From IMG/VR virus record IMGVR_UViG_3300045988_046531: 64,000 nucleotides of DNA, one strand, 5' to 3'. Below, one piece after another: positions 1-9,979 of the stretch; the stretch's first letter is position 1; each line of letters begins with the position of its first letter. A program made the position numbers and the translations under genes. The notes under the pieces are model-generated. The model made no database searches. It was given only the letters and a program-made list of their open reading frames with translations, and was not told the DNA's origin. The stretch is from a virus.

Positions 1-214
1 TAAAGCTGACTTATACTTCTTAGACTCGAGAATAGTCCTAAGAGTTTCTGCATTCTTAGTTCTACCTAAACCTGCTGCTTCCAACTTATCAAGCTCCTCT
101 TTGATTTGCTCGGAATTGTCAAAGTCTTGATTGCCTTCTACGTACTTCTTATAGTACTCCATAGATGCTGTTACTAAGGCTAAACGTAACGCATCTGCAC
201 TCAATTTCTCCATA

Positions 215-673
215 CTATGATAAATGTTCTTTAATATCAATCATGTATTTTATACCTTCAATTATCACACATGCTAGCCCGCCAACGAGCATAATGAAGT
301 ATAATGCAACAATTAGTGGTTCCCAACCAGTCCCATAATCACTTCTATTAAGATTAAAGCTAAGCCTATTAGGCTTGTTATTAATAAAAGCTCTATCATA
401 GGTTGGTTTGTCTACACGTAGTTTGAACTGATTGTCCCTACCGTCGGCTATTAGTGTAAGCTCATATACAGTATGCGTCTGTTGATTAACTGTTTCGGTA
501 TAACAGTCCTTAGCAACTACTGTAGTCCACACAGGTTTGTCAATACAGGTTTCTTTAACTAAGTTAGATTTACATCCTCCTAGTCCTACTAAGCACACCA
601 CCAGCCATATTACTATCAAAGTTGCATGTCTGAAAGTGTTAGCTGGTGGTCTCATATCAACAATTGTCGGCAT
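215..673 (-). CDS. putative lipoprotein / membrane protein (lipobox-like LGGC after an N-terminal hydrophobic segment, plus a C-terminal TM helix)
   Basis: ORF translation: hydrophobic N-terminus, LVGLGGC motif, C-terminal hydrophobic stretch LIVALYFIMLVGGLACVII. Confidence 0.4.
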   Translation of the reverse strand: MPTIVDMRPPANTFRHATLIVIWLVVCLVGLGGCKSNLVKETCIDKPVWTTVVAKDCYTETVNQQTHTVYELTLIADGRDNQFKLRVDKPTYDRAFINNKPNRLSFNLNRSDYGTGWEPLIVALYFIMLVGGLACVIIEGIKYMIDIKEHLS

Positions 674-852
674 CTTCTGTCAATAATTTAGTTGCCTTAT
701 CCATTCCTAACTCGTAAGCTTCAGCAATTAATACTGCCGCACTTGCTATAGAAAGCTTACCACCGTTGTCCTCTGCTACGTTAGCTGCACTTTCAAGTAG
801 CTCACTCAAAGTTTCTACCATAATTAAATACATTTAATAGTTAATAATCTAG

Positions 853-934
853 TAGGGTAGGTGAGACTCGAACTCACACGCCCGAAGGCACTTGGGCCTA
901 AACCAAGCCTGTCTGCCAATTCCAGCACTACCCC
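853..934 (-). tRNA. tRNA-Leu(UAG), class II with long variable arm
   Basis: Reverse complement folds as cloverleaf: acceptor GGGGTAG/CTACCCT, anticodon stem CTTGG/CCAAG with loop TTTAGGC, T-loop TTCGAGT. Confidence 0.7.
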
Positions 935-1204
935 ATTGTTACTTCATCAAATTGATAAATTCATCTTCATGTCCTCTATAGTATCGCTGAAGATATGCAA
1001 TATACACGGCTTCGTCCTTAACTATTTGAGGGAATTTGGATTCAAATTGTTCTACTTTCTCTTCTCCTACTATACTTACATGAAAGTCTCTAGGTGTGTT
1101 ATCCACCTTAGTTGCAGACATTAATAAGACTAATAGGAATATCAATAAATGTCTCATTTAGTTGTTAATAAAAGGAGAGCGAGATTACTCCCGCCCTCCA
1201 AGGT

Positions 1205-2662
1205 TTATTTGTTGTCCTTCTTCTCCGTAGAGTAGTCCTTACGGTCAAGGTCCCACTGATACTCACACATCTGAGTGATTGCTTCAAGCTTCTCTGTACC
1301 CAGAACGAGTTTGAGAGCATTTACCAATCTTTCAGCCGGAGTTTCCACAACAGCTTTCTTGGATGCAAGTCCAAGTTGACGTTGATAAGATTCAACGCTA
1401 GCTTTGATATGGAACGATGTTACATGGGTTTCTTCTGTAAAGATAAGTTTGGATTTGGTTGATTCAACGATTTCAGCCATAAATGCCGGAGCAATTTCAG
1501 CTTCTTGAATGTAGTTACATACTTCACTCAAATCATCGTCGATTGTATATCCTTCTTCAGCGGTGAAGGTAGAACGGATGAATTTCTCCGCAGTTTCAGC
1601 GTCCAGACAGTCCATGGTAATCACAGAGCCGATTCTTTTACCTCTTAAGAAGGTAGGTTCAATCAATTCAATGTGATTAGTAGTGAACAAGGTGATTACG
1701 TTCATGTCTTTGGTATCACCACCGTCCAGAGTATTCAGGATGTCCTGCATAGCAGCATCTCTGTTACCTCTAGTTACTTGGTCAATATCTTCAACAAATA
1801 CAACAACACCATGACCCGAACGGTCAACAACTTTACACATGCGCAGAGTTTCTGCAAGAAGAGAAGGATTCTTCAAATACACGAATGACCAGCCGTTTGT
1901 TACAGCATCTTTAGCCAGCTTAAATGCCAGCAAGGTCTTACCTGTACCATATTTACCTTCCAGCAAACAACCATACTTCAATGGAATACCTTTAGCCAGA
2001 CATTTCTCTGGATACAAGATTCTTGAGCGTAGCGGTTGCAATTCAAATTCAGTCTTCTTAGAAAGAACCATGAATTGTTTCTCAATGCCGGCAAGTGTCA
2101 TGATAGTAGGTTCAGACAGATTGCTGATTTCCAGTGCTTGATTCTTGTAGATAGACTCCGATGCTAACAGCTCTTTAGTTCTGTCAACAATATCATCAAT
2201 CAATGACTGGTATTTGAACTGGCATTGTCCTTTAATAAGGAGCAAATGACGGTCATTGTCATAGTTGATGTTGATTTCAGAATCTTCTCCCAATTCTTCA
2301 AGGCTGATTTTACCAAACGGAACCTTGGTACGAGAACCGTCTGCCAGAACAACGTCTACGGTATCAATATTGCTGTTTCCAGAAGGACTGTTATCCTCCT
2401 TACTAACGGCAGAACCGAAGATTTCATTGATTGCTCTGTTCAACTGATATACACCGTCCGGTTTCCAACAAAGCAGCGAGTATTTGAAACTTGCCATTTT
2501 CTTGGACTGTTTGATTTCACCTTCGATGAATCCCAGAGCATCAGCATACTTCACGTTGCTTTGGAGCACTTCAATCATTCTCTGTTTCTGAGTTTCCTCG
2601 TACTTGTTAACTCTCTGCTTAATAGCAGCTGTAGTTCCTTGCGGAATAATGTTCTTTGCCAT
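1205..2662 (-). CDS. classic AAA+ ATPase (Walker A GKYGTGKTLL, Walker B VVVFVEDID, second region of homology TTNHIELIEPTFLRGKR)
   Basis: Motifs read directly from the 485-aa translation; an about 230-aa N-terminal domain of unknown function precedes the AAA core. Confidence 0.75.
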   Translation of the reverse strand: MAKNIIPQGTTAAIKQRVNKYEETQKQRMIEVLQSNVKYADALGFIEGEIKQSKKMASFKYSLLCWKPDGVYQLNRAINEIFGSAVSKEDNSPSGNSNIDTVDVVLADGSRTKVPFGKISLEELGEDSEININYDNDRHLLLIKGQCQFKYQSLIDDIVDRTKELLASESIYKNQALEISNLSEPTIMTLAGIEKQFMVLSKKTEFELQPLRSRILYPEKCLAKGIPLKYGCLLEGKYGTGKTLLAFKLAKDAVTNGWSFVYLKNPSLLAETLRMCKVVDRSGHGVVVFVEDIDQVTRGNRDAAMQDILNTLDGGDTKDMNVITLFTTNHIELIEPTFLRGKRIGSVITMDCLDAETAEKFIRSTFTAEEGYTIDDDLSEVCNYIQEAEIAPAFMAEIVESTKSKLIFTEETHVTSFHIKASVESYQRQLGLASKKAVVETPAERLVNALKLVLGTEKLEAITQMCEYQWDLDRKDYSTEKKDNK

Positions 2663-2665
2663 TAC

Positions 2666-2938
2666 TTAATTAGGTTTATTAATCTTATTTACTTCTTTAA
2701 TGATTGCCTCACAATTCTCTCTTGTTGTAGTTAAACAACCAAGTTGAATAATAGAACCGTCTTGAGTGATAGTCAGGTTCTTCTCTTCGATTGTTTCCCT
2801 ACATAGACCTCCTCTGATAATTCTTTTAATGAGTGGAAAGGGTAATATAGTATTCTTACAGAATATCATATTCTTGCCTTCCACATAAATGACATCGTAG
2901 CCGTCAATGCTACCTACTACCTTACTCATTCGATTCAA
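2666..2938 (-). CDS. hypothetical protein
   Basis: 90-aa ORF tightly packed downstream of the AAA+ gene on the same strand. Confidence 0.35.
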   Translation of the reverse strand: MNRMSKVVGSIDGYDVIYVEGKNMIFCKNTILPFPLIKRIIRGGLCRETIEEKNLTITQDGSIIQLGCLTTTRENCEAIIKEVNKINKPN

Positions 2939-2950
2939 CTATTAACTGTG

Positions 2951-3024
2951 TGGGCCCGGCCGGACTTGAACCGACAACCTCCTGATTATGAGTCAGTTTC
3001 TCTAACCGATTGAGATACGGGCCC
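2951..3024 (-). tRNA. tRNA-Met/fMet/Ile2 (CAU)
   Basis: Acceptor GGGCCCG/CGGGCCC, U8A9, D-stem TCTC/GAGA, anticodon loop CTCATAA, T-loop TTCAAGT. Confidence 0.7.
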
Positions 3025-3121
3025 CGAACGCCCATGTTTACTCACAATTAACAGTTCTCAAAGAGTAGTGTTGTTAGTGACTTCATGATAAATTCTATTT
3101 TAAACTGAAATAATTAGTAGT

Positions 3122-3193
3122 TGGGCTACCAGGACTCGAACCTGGGCTACAAGAGCCAAAACCTTGTGACACCATAGCCCAGTAAAAGGAGTC
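3122..3193 (-). tRNA. tRNA-like element, probably truncated or defective (good T-arm and acceptor pairing, but only about 29 nt between acceptor and T-stem, so no D-arm; anticodon-like UUG)
   Basis: T-loop TTCGAGT flanked by CCAGG/CCTGG; acceptor TGGGCTA/TAGCCCA; spacing too short for a canonical tRNA. Confidence 0.3.
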
Positions 3194-3202
3194 CGAAGAC
3201 TC

Positions 3203-4270
3203 CTAAACTAACTTATCGAATATCATGGGCTGTATCGACATCCATAAATTTGCTAGCATTTCTCGCTCTGCGTCAGATGCTTCATCCCAATGTGATACGT
3301 ACAATTTCTCCGTTCGTTCATTCCTATAAGGAACCTTAAATGAACGGTTAATGCGTACACTGTGTGCGAATAGGTCTTTGTCGAAATCAATAGCCCTAAG
3401 CGTCTTCTGGAAATCGTTGAACTTATTATTAGGGTCATCGACATCCCTAACAGACATTCCAGAAGGAAACGGGCCGTTACCATGCCTTGTTATATAAGGA
3501 CGAGTTACATAACAAGTTTGGATTTCTTTACGTATACCTGCTTTCCGCAACAGCTCGTAAGCGTTTTGTGAAGTTGTATTAGACGGAGTACAATAAGGCA
3601 TTATGCCGAATCTTTGGTCAAGCAATATTCCCTGTGAACCTTCAAACACTAGGTTGTCATAGTTTAACAAGCAATCTTCATTAACCGTACCTGTATGTAA
3701 GAAATAAGCATGTGCTAACCTACACCAGTTGTCTAGGTCTATCGAAGGATATTTACTAGACATGTTGTAATAGTTATCCACTATGGCATTTAGTTTCTCA
3801 CGCAGTATGTAAGGATTCATACAATCTACAACTGTTAAGCTGTATCCTGCCTTAACTCGGTCCAAACAAGCTTTAAACCCTGTACCTACAGTACCATGTC
3901 GTAAGTTCTCTTCGTTATTAACTTGGGAATAGACATCGAAGGGAATTACAACTTGGCAGTGAGGGTGATACTGAACAATGGGATGAACTCCCATTTTAGC
4001 TAAGTCTGCACCCTCCAACATAGAGGTAATTGGGTCTACAGTACAGTATTCGGACCAGTACGTCGGCACTCCAAGTAAGGTTCCGCTGCCAAAGTTACTA
4101 AAGGTATGCATCATGTCTCCATGCTTTACAGTATGTCCTACTTGATGTCCACCACTAAACCTGACTACTAATACAGACTCTCGCTTACCTATGTACTTGT
4201 TACATAAGTTGTGAACTGTCTGTCCCTTACCTTCGTCTCCAAAGAATGTTCCTAATACAATACTAATCAT
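3203..4270 (-). CDS. adenylosuccinate synthetase (PurA) family protein, short form (355 aa), consistent with phage PurZ (N6-succino-2-amino-2'-deoxyadenylate synthase)
   Basis: N-terminal VLGTFFGDEGKGQ matches the PurA P-loop GxxWGDEGKGK; VTRPYITRHGNGPFPSG matches the PurA R-x-Y-x-TR-x-G-x-GPFP motif; the length is archaeal-PurA/PurZ-like rather than bacterial PurA (about 430 aa). Confidence 0.75.
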   Translation of the reverse strand: MISIVLGTFFGDEGKGQTVHNLCNKYIGKRESVLVVRFSGGHQVGHTVKHGDMMHTFSNFGSGTLLGVPTYWSEYCTVDPITSMLEGADLAKMGVHPIVQYHPHCQVVIPFDVYSQVNNEENLRHGTVGTGFKACLDRVKAGYSLTVVDCMNPYILREKLNAIVDNYYNMSSKYPSIDLDNWCRLAHAYFLHTGTVNEDCLLNYDNLVFEGSQGILLDQRFGIMPYCTPSNTTSQNAYELLRKAGIRKEIQTCYVTRPYITRHGNGPFPSGMSVRDVDDPNNKFNDFQKTLRAIDFDKDLFAHSVRINRSFKVPYRNERTEKLYVSHWDEASDAEREMLANLWMSIQPMIFDKLV

Positions 4271-4276
4271 TTCAGT

Positions 4277-5209
4277 TTAATAAAATTTGTCATTACTATC
4301 AGACGGCACATCTTGCCATTCCTGACTAACAGAAGCACTAGGAGCTAAGCCTTCAACAGGCTCCTCATAGTTCTCTTTAATTGCGGTGACAATCACCTTG
4401 TCTACTTCTCCAGATGTACATGTCAATACATTCTGTCCAAGTAAAGTCTTCCAAGATTCAGCAACCCTTGAGCCATGACTGGCATTAGTAATGTGAATGT
4501 GGAATACATGGTACTGTTCCTTTGCTTTGTCAAGAGCTTCTTGACAAGTAATGGTTTTAGCACCTTTTTGATACCCTAGAACACGTTCTAAGTAACATCC
4601 CTCTACCTTATCGAGATTTGGTTCATCTCCAATAGTAAATAAGAATCCCTTAGTGTGTCTTTCAAACCAGGAATCAGTTTCAGTATGATAACCCGCTACG
4701 ATGTGAGATAGTAGATAGCTTTCACCTCTATTACCTCCTCCTCCACCTTCAATCACGAATGACTGTAAAGTGTCAAGGATTTTAGCTGTATCAGACTCAA
4801 ACTGACCAATTTGAATTGGATATCGGTCATAAACGTGGTCCCCAACTGCCATAAACATGATTTGTGGGTCACGCACACCTAGTTGAATGAGAGAGTCCAT
4901 AATCTTAGGGAATTGGTCTCTAATCATTTCATAAGGTGTGTCCATCATTGAACCAGTAACGTCTAGCGCAATGATTATCGGAGTAGAGAAAGGATGTTCT
5001 TTAGAATCACGAGATTCACGAACACCCACGTTAACCATTTCTTGCCTTATCTGCGTGTTATACTGCCTAACATTGTTGTTAAGCGATGCAGCAGTATTAC
5101 ATGCATTAATGGCATGGCTCTTAAAGAGTTCATCCCTAGTGGAGGTATATAAACCCCTACTGCCGGCCTCTACATCATAAGCAATTCTAGAATAACTACC
5201 TGCTCCCAT
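4277..5209 (-). CDS. von Willebrand factor A (vWA) domain protein with a MIDAS-like DxTGS motif
   Basis: IIIALDVTGSM ... GGGGGNRGESY in the translation; no other domain recognised. Confidence 0.5.
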   Translation of the reverse strand: MGAGSYSRIAYDVEAGSRGLYTSTRDELFKSHAINACNTAASLNNNVRQYNTQIRQEMVNVGVRESRDSKEHPFSTPIIIALDVTGSMMDTPYEMIRDQFPKIMDSLIQLGVRDPQIMFMAVGDHVYDRYPIQIGQFESDTAKILDTLQSFVIEGGGGGNRGESYLLSHIVAGYHTETDSWFERHTKGFLFTIGDEPNLDKVEGCYLERVLGYQKGAKTITCQEALDKAKEQYHVFHIHITNASHGSRVAESWKTLLGQNVLTCTSGEVDKVIVTAIKENYEEPVEGLAPSASVSQEWQDVPSDSNDKFY

Positions 5210-5212
5210 AAA

Positions 5213-5581
5213 TTATTCATTTACAGTTGCAGCAGCGTCATCCAAATTAATGGATTCTGATGCATCAGCGGGAAATTCTTCTGCATCGACTTGCATAGCT
5301 AGAGCAAGTTCAATCTTTGCAACACGCAGTTTACGTGCCAATTCATGTCTTGTTCTTACCCATTCAGCCGGATTCAGTCCTTCTCCCGGATTCAAAGAGT
5401 CTCTTGATTTAACAGCCAGGTCATTGTGTTTGTTGATTTCTCCCTGAATGCGGAGTACTTTCAATTTACAATCCTGAACAAATCTGTCTTCCTCGATTTT
5501 AGCCAATTCATACAGATTCTGCGCTCTTGCATCAAGTACACTTTGTCCACTCTTACTTAATTTCTCTTTAAAACTGCTCAT
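5213..5581 (-). CDS. hypothetical protein (predicted coiled-coil)
   Basis: 122-aa ORF, charged and helical composition. Confidence 0.35.
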   Translation of the reverse strand: MSSFKEKLSKSGQSVLDARAQNLYELAKIEEDRFVQDCKLKVLRIQGEINKHNDLAVKSRDSLNPGEGLNPAEWVRTRHELARKLRVAKIELALAMQVDAEEFPADASESINLDDAAATVNE

Positions 5582-5668
5582 TTACACTTACATTTAACAT
5601 GTTAAATTCAATAAGCATCTCTGTGTGGTAATTTATAATCTAACTGTAATCATCTAGGATTACAATCG

Positions 5669-5741
5669 AGCCACCTTAGGGACTCGAACCCTAAACAGCC
5701 GCATTACAAGTGCGGTACTCTACCAATTGAGTTAAGGTGGC
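5669..5741 (-). tRNA. tRNA-Thr(UGU)
   Basis: Acceptor GCCACCT/AGGTGGC, D-arm ACTC..GAGT, anticodon stem CCGCA/TGCGG with loop CTTGTAA, T-loop TTCGAGT. Confidence 0.75.
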
Positions 5742-5799
5742 ATAAACAGGAGACGATGTTACCAAGTGTGCTGACATCTCCTTTGTAAATCAAAGAAAG

Positions 5800-5872
5800 C
5801 GGTGCATACGGGATTCAAACCCGTGGTCTCCTCATAGACAGTGAGGCATCCTAATCACTGAACGAATGCACC
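5800..5872 (-). tRNA. tRNA-Asp(GUC)
   Basis: Acceptor GGTGCAT/ATGCACC, anticodon stem CCTCA/TGAGG with loop CTGTCTA, T-loop TTTGAAT. Confidence 0.65.
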
Positions 5873-6140
5873 ATGAAGCTTGCTTAACCTACCCTCTAAA
5901 CCTATGCTTGGACTTGCAATCAGTTATTCAGGTATTGTCCCTTCCCGCTAGCTGAGTCATTCTCTTACTGTAACCGTGTGTCCAACTCACAATTACTATT
6001 CAGATGTGCCAAATGGGACATGGCAATTCATAGAAAGTGGGTGCTAGCTACCGTCTAAGCTTCCATCCCTTACGTTGCCTTAGAGTGTACATGATTATTA
6101 TTGCCTAACCAGTTACCTGATTGGAAGGATTATGTACGAG

Positions 6141-6214
6141 GTACTGCCAACGGGATTCGAACCCGTATTTTCAGTGTGAGAGACTGATTACCTAACCCTT
6201 AGTAGATAGCAGTA
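6141..6214 (-). tRNA. tRNA, probably Glu(CUC)
   Basis: Acceptor TACTGCT/GGCAGTA, anticodon stem TCAGT/ACTGA with loop CTCTCAC, T-loop TTCGAAT; the D-arm is irregular. Confidence 0.55.
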
Positions 6215-6485
6215 TGTTAAATAGTCGTGAGTAGTTAATTGCAACTATGACAAAATTAAGATTAAAGTCAAAGACCAGCCTATTGCTATCTAGGGCAAAG
6301 TCAAAGGAATTTTGTAACTTCGCAATAGACTGACAGGGTTTGAATTAATAATACTTAATTATGCTGGAAATCGTCCCTGTATGAAATACAGAACACGATT
6401 AATTTGTCGACTAGAGTCTTTGATGCAATTCATACTACTCACGCAAAGCTATGTTAGAATCCAATGAGATTCAAGACTATAGCAC

Positions 6486-7379
6486 CTATTTATCTGGATT
6501 GGAAATCTTAGTTAGCAATTCATAAGTTGCTTGTAACTCATTAGGAATTACTATCTTAAGTTCCAATAGTTTCTTACGTTCTTCAACTTTCCAAGTTTCA
6601 CATTGTTGAGACAGGGTTTTGGCATCCAAATTGAATCTATCAACAGCTTGTTTATAAGCCTGATTGACTTCATATTCAGAATCCTTTACCATTTTATCAA
6701 TCTTAAACTTAATCTTATTAAGTCTGGCTGATATGTCTCTGTGTTTCTGCTGTAATGCAAAGAATGTATTCTCTACCTTATCGCTACTAACAGACGGGTC
6801 ATACGAGTACACGATTGTGTCAGTACCAGAACCTTCAACTTTAGTAGGATTAGTATAGGCATCCATTAAAGCTCTACGGGCATTTGCAAACGGACGCATC
6901 GGATGAATATACTTACCAATGGCAGATGCTTCTGCTTCTAGTCTGTAATATTCCATACGTTCTGCAATGCTCAATGAAGCAATTGCTTCCTCTTCGGTAA
7001 GGATATGACCCTTAATCGGGGTGTCCAACTTGAATCCAGCTACGTCTGTAGCATATAAATCCCATGTGTACCTGTTAATAATTTCAAGTTCTTCTTCTCT
7101 AGCCTTAATAGCTTCACGAATCCATGCACAGAAGGCATTCATATTAGCAACTTCTTGAAGTAATGTGGGCACATTATCAAGATATGCCTCATTTCTACCT
7201 GTCTTCACAGTCCTAGAGTTACCTCCACTTAGCAAGCTAATATTGACATTCACAAACCCTACAGAATCTAAAGCTTGTCTATTAGATTCTACTGTTTCCT
7301 TAGCTATATTAGCCAGGTGATTGGCAGAAGTTTGGGTTAGTCCCTTCTCGCCAAAGAATACTTTGTTACATTCTTTCAT
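6486..7379 (-). CDS. hypothetical protein
   Basis: 297-aa ORF with no recognised motif. Confidence 0.4.
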   Translation of the reverse strand: MKECNKVFFGEKGLTQTSANHLANIAKETVESNRQALDSVGFVNVNISLLSGGNSRTVKTGRNEAYLDNVPTLLQEVANMNAFCAWIREAIKAREEELEIINRYTWDLYATDVAGFKLDTPIKGHILTEEEAIASLSIAERMEYYRLEAEASAIGKYIHPMRPFANARRALMDAYTNPTKVEGSGTDTIVYSYDPSVSSDKVENTFFALQQKHRDISARLNKIKFKIDKMVKDSEYEVNQAYKQAVDRFNLDAKTLSQQCETWKVEERKKLLELKIVIPNELQATYELLTKISNPDK

Positions 7380-7408
7380 AAGCTGTAATTATTAATTCAT
7401 TACTAATG

Positions 7409-7481
7409 CACTGGATAGGGGATTCGAACCCCTGTTTACGCATAGAAAGTGCGTCGACCTAAACCACTAGTCGAATCCAGT
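7409..7481 (-). tRNA. tRNA-Glu(UUC)
   Basis: Acceptor ACTGGAT/ATCCAGT, anticodon stem ACGCA/TGCGT with loop CTTTCTA, T-loop TTCGAAT. Confidence 0.7.
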
Positions 7482-7489
7482 ATACCTTA

Positions 7490-7777
7490 TTAAGCCTTCC
7501 AGAATACAAACTTATTGCCTTCTGGACATCTTACATACTTCACATCAAAACCATTCTCTCGATATAGAGGTTCTACATCTAACCAATGGTTCTTAATTAC
7601 TTCTTCTTCAGTTAGACCTTCAGATGCTACATAGGCTATTACATCTGATTGCTTAAATTCAGAAGCTTTACCACTCCAGTTCTTAACTATTAAAGTATTA
7701 AAAGCTAAGATAACTGCATCAGGAATAGATTTTAAATCTATACTCCTCAATTCTCTTGAATTTAATACCTTCACCAT
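7490..7777 (-). CDS. hypothetical protein
   Basis: 95-aa ORF. Confidence 0.35.
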   Translation of the reverse strand: MVKVLNSRELRSIDLKSIPDAVILAFNTLIVKNWSGKASEFKQSDVIAYVASEGLTEEEVIKNHWLDVEPLYRENGFDVKYVRCPEGNKFVFWKA

Positions 7778-7829
7778 AATTCTAATAATTAGGTTAATAA
7801 TGATTTTCGCAAACTCTTATTAGCCAGCG

Positions 7830-7917
7830 CGGAGAGTGCTGGATTCGAACCAGCGGAACCCTTTTGAGGTTCGGTCCCTTAGCAGGGGACTGGTTTAAGC
7901 CACTCACCCAACTCTCC
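7830..7917 (-). tRNA. tRNA-Ser(GCU), class II
   Basis: 88 nt; acceptor GGAGAGT/ACTCTCC, anticodon stem GTCCC/GGGAC with loop CTGCTAA, long variable arm, T-loop TTCGAAT. Confidence 0.75.
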
Positions 7918-8004
7918 AATCCACAGAAGACTTATTTATGCTATATCAATCGCTTATGATTACCTCAATGCTGTAAGTCTTCTTAGAAATTCACTGTAAA
8001 AGGA

Positions 8005-9966
8005 TTACTTTACAGGAGGAAAATTATCACCTTTAGCTGGTGATTCTTCTGGCTTCTTGCCAGTGATTATTTGCTTAAGCGAATCTGCAATAGGCAAATT
8101 ACGGGCAATTTCCAAACTCGGAGCAAGATTCTTAGCCATATTAGCCATGAACTGTCCAGCAGTGTTGGAATCACCATACACAGTAACATTACCAAGCTGG
8201 ATATGTTCAAATACCTTAGCGTTGGCTTCAGCAACTTCCTTCCACCTGTCGGTCATTGCATATTGAACGATTGCTTCAGGATGCATACCTGATTTAATCA
8301 TATGTTCAACTGCAAGAGCCGGAGCCATTTCCATTGCCTGTTTCTGTTCAGCTTCTGCCATTAAAGATGCTTTCTTACCTTCAGCTTCGGCAAGAAGTTT
8401 CTTCTTAGTACCTTCAGCTTCTGCTTCCAGTTGCATCTTAGTAGCATTTGCTTTAGCTTCTGCTGCTTTCAAGATTTTAGCTGCTTCCGCTTCTGCTTCA
8501 AGAATGGCTACACTCTTAACAGCTTCTGCTTCAATCTTAGCTTTCTCTTTGGCCTTCTCGGCAGGTATAATCACTTCGGCTTTAAGCTTAGCTTCTTCAG
8601 CTTTAGCTTTAGCTTCATTAACTTCTACCTGACGTTCCTGCTCTGTTTTAGCAACTGCCATTTGAGCTTCAACTTTGGAAGTACCAGCTACTCTTTCAGC
8701 TTCAGCTTTAGCTTTCTCTGCTTCTCCCTTAGCTTTGGAAACTTCAATAGTAGCTTTCTGTTCAGCTACTCCTGCTGCTTTCTCTGCTTCAGCTGCCTTT
8801 TGACGGGCTTCTGATTCATACTGTGCAGTTTTAGCTTCTTTCTCCTGCTGTGCTTTAACAGTTTCAGCTTCTTGGTTTTGTGCTGCTACTGCCATACGAA
8901 CTTCCTTCTCTGCTTCTGCTTCTGCCTTAGCGGCTTCAGCTTTGGCAGTAAATTCTGCTTCTTTAGCAGTTGCATAAGCTTGCTGCTCTGCAATCTTGGC
9001 AGCTCTCAATGCTTCTTGCTCGGCAACTTTGGAAGCTTCTTCAGTTTGGGCTGTAGCCACACCAATTTCACGTTCCTTTCTTTGCTCTGCAACAGCAATT
9101 TGTTGTTCCTTATGCTGCTCGGCCAATTGAGTTTCTTTCTCTTTAGTGGTCTTAGCAATAGCAACTTCTTTCTCCCTGTTAGTTTCAGCCACTATAGTTT
9201 CTTGCTCCTTAGTAGCTGCTGCAATTGCAATCTCCTTCTCTCTCGTAGTTTGAGCTATCTGGATTGCTCCTTTCTTCTCTTCTTCTGCGATATCAGCTTG
9301 TGATTGCGCTCTTGCTTTAGTCTCTTCTTTCTTACCAAGATTATCAATATATTGAGCAGCATCTTGAATGTCACTGATATTGATATTCATCAGATAAAGA
9401 CCAAGTTTGTTCAATTCCGTATTGATATTGTCTCTAGCTTGAGCTAGGAACTTGTCTCTGTCAGAGTTAAGCTCTTCAATAGTCATCGAAGCAATAACAA
9501 GCCTCATCTGACCATAAACAATATCTGAAATCAAACTTTCTTTAACGTCATCATCAGCACCTAGTAAGCGATTAGCAGCATTCTGCATAATCAGCGGTTC
9601 TTGGCTAATAGCAACAGTTACAGTGGTAGGGATAGTTACACGAATATTTTGAGCTGACAAAGCATTCTTCAATACAAGATTCAATTGAATCGGCTGCATT
9701 GACATTACTTCATAACCCTGTATAATCGGCCATACAAAAGCTGCACCACCATGATAAACTTTGGCAGTTTTAATTTCAACTTCTCTGTCAACCAGATTAC
9801 CTTTAGCGTCGCGTTCACTAACTTTCTCTTTGTGAGAGCCTGTTTTACCATAAACTACCAACAATTCGTCAGATTTACATTTACGGTAGCGGGATAGAAT
9901 CCCAATGATAGTGATGATTGCAACTAGTACAACTACACCAACGATAATTAATGATGTCATTTCCAT
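8005..9966 (-). CDS. flotillin (SPFH/band-7 domain plus EA-rich flotillin coiled-coil repeats), FloT/YuaG-like
   Basis: N-terminal TM helix, SPFH region, then long Glu/Ala/Lys-rich repeats (KEKEIAIAAATKEQE..., EAEAEAAKILKAAEAKANATKMQLEAEAEG) typical of the flotillin C-terminal domain. Confidence 0.8.
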   Translation of the reverse strand: MEMTSLIIVGVVVLVAIITIIGILSRYRKCKSDELLVVYGKTGSHKEKVSERDAKGNLVDREVEIKTAKVYHGGAAFVWPIIQGYEVMSMQPIQLNLVLKNALSAQNIRVTIPTTVTVAISQEPLIMQNAANRLLGADDDVKESLISDIVYGQMRLVIASMTIEELNSDRDKFLAQARDNINTELNKLGLYLMNINISDIQDAAQYIDNLGKKEETKARAQSQADIAEEEKKGAIQIAQTTREKEIAIAAATKEQETIVAETNREKEVAIAKTTKEKETQLAEQHKEQQIAVAEQRKEREIGVATAQTEEASKVAEQEALRAAKIAEQQAYATAKEAEFTAKAEAAKAEAEAEKEVRMAVAAQNQEAETVKAQQEKEAKTAQYESEARQKAAEAEKAAGVAEQKATIEVSKAKGEAEKAKAEAERVAGTSKVEAQMAVAKTEQERQVEVNEAKAKAEEAKLKAEVIIPAEKAKEKAKIEAEAVKSVAILEAEAEAAKILKAAEAKANATKMQLEAEAEGTKKKLLAEAEGKKASLMAEAEQKQAMEMAPALAVEHMIKSGMHPEAIVQYAMTDRWKEVAEANAKVFEHIQLGNVTVYGDSNTAGQFMANMAKNLAPSLEIARNLPIADSLKQIITGKKPEESPAKGDNFPPVK

Positions 9967-9979
9967 CTTGAAATTAGTA

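Noticed and set aside
8431-9303. Plus-strand ORFs of 127 and 143 aa rich in Phe/Ser/Cys inside the flotillin gene
   Set aside because: They are antisense to the repetitive EA-rich flotillin coding sequence; the low-complexity translation and full overlap with a well-supported minus-strand CDS indicate frame artifacts
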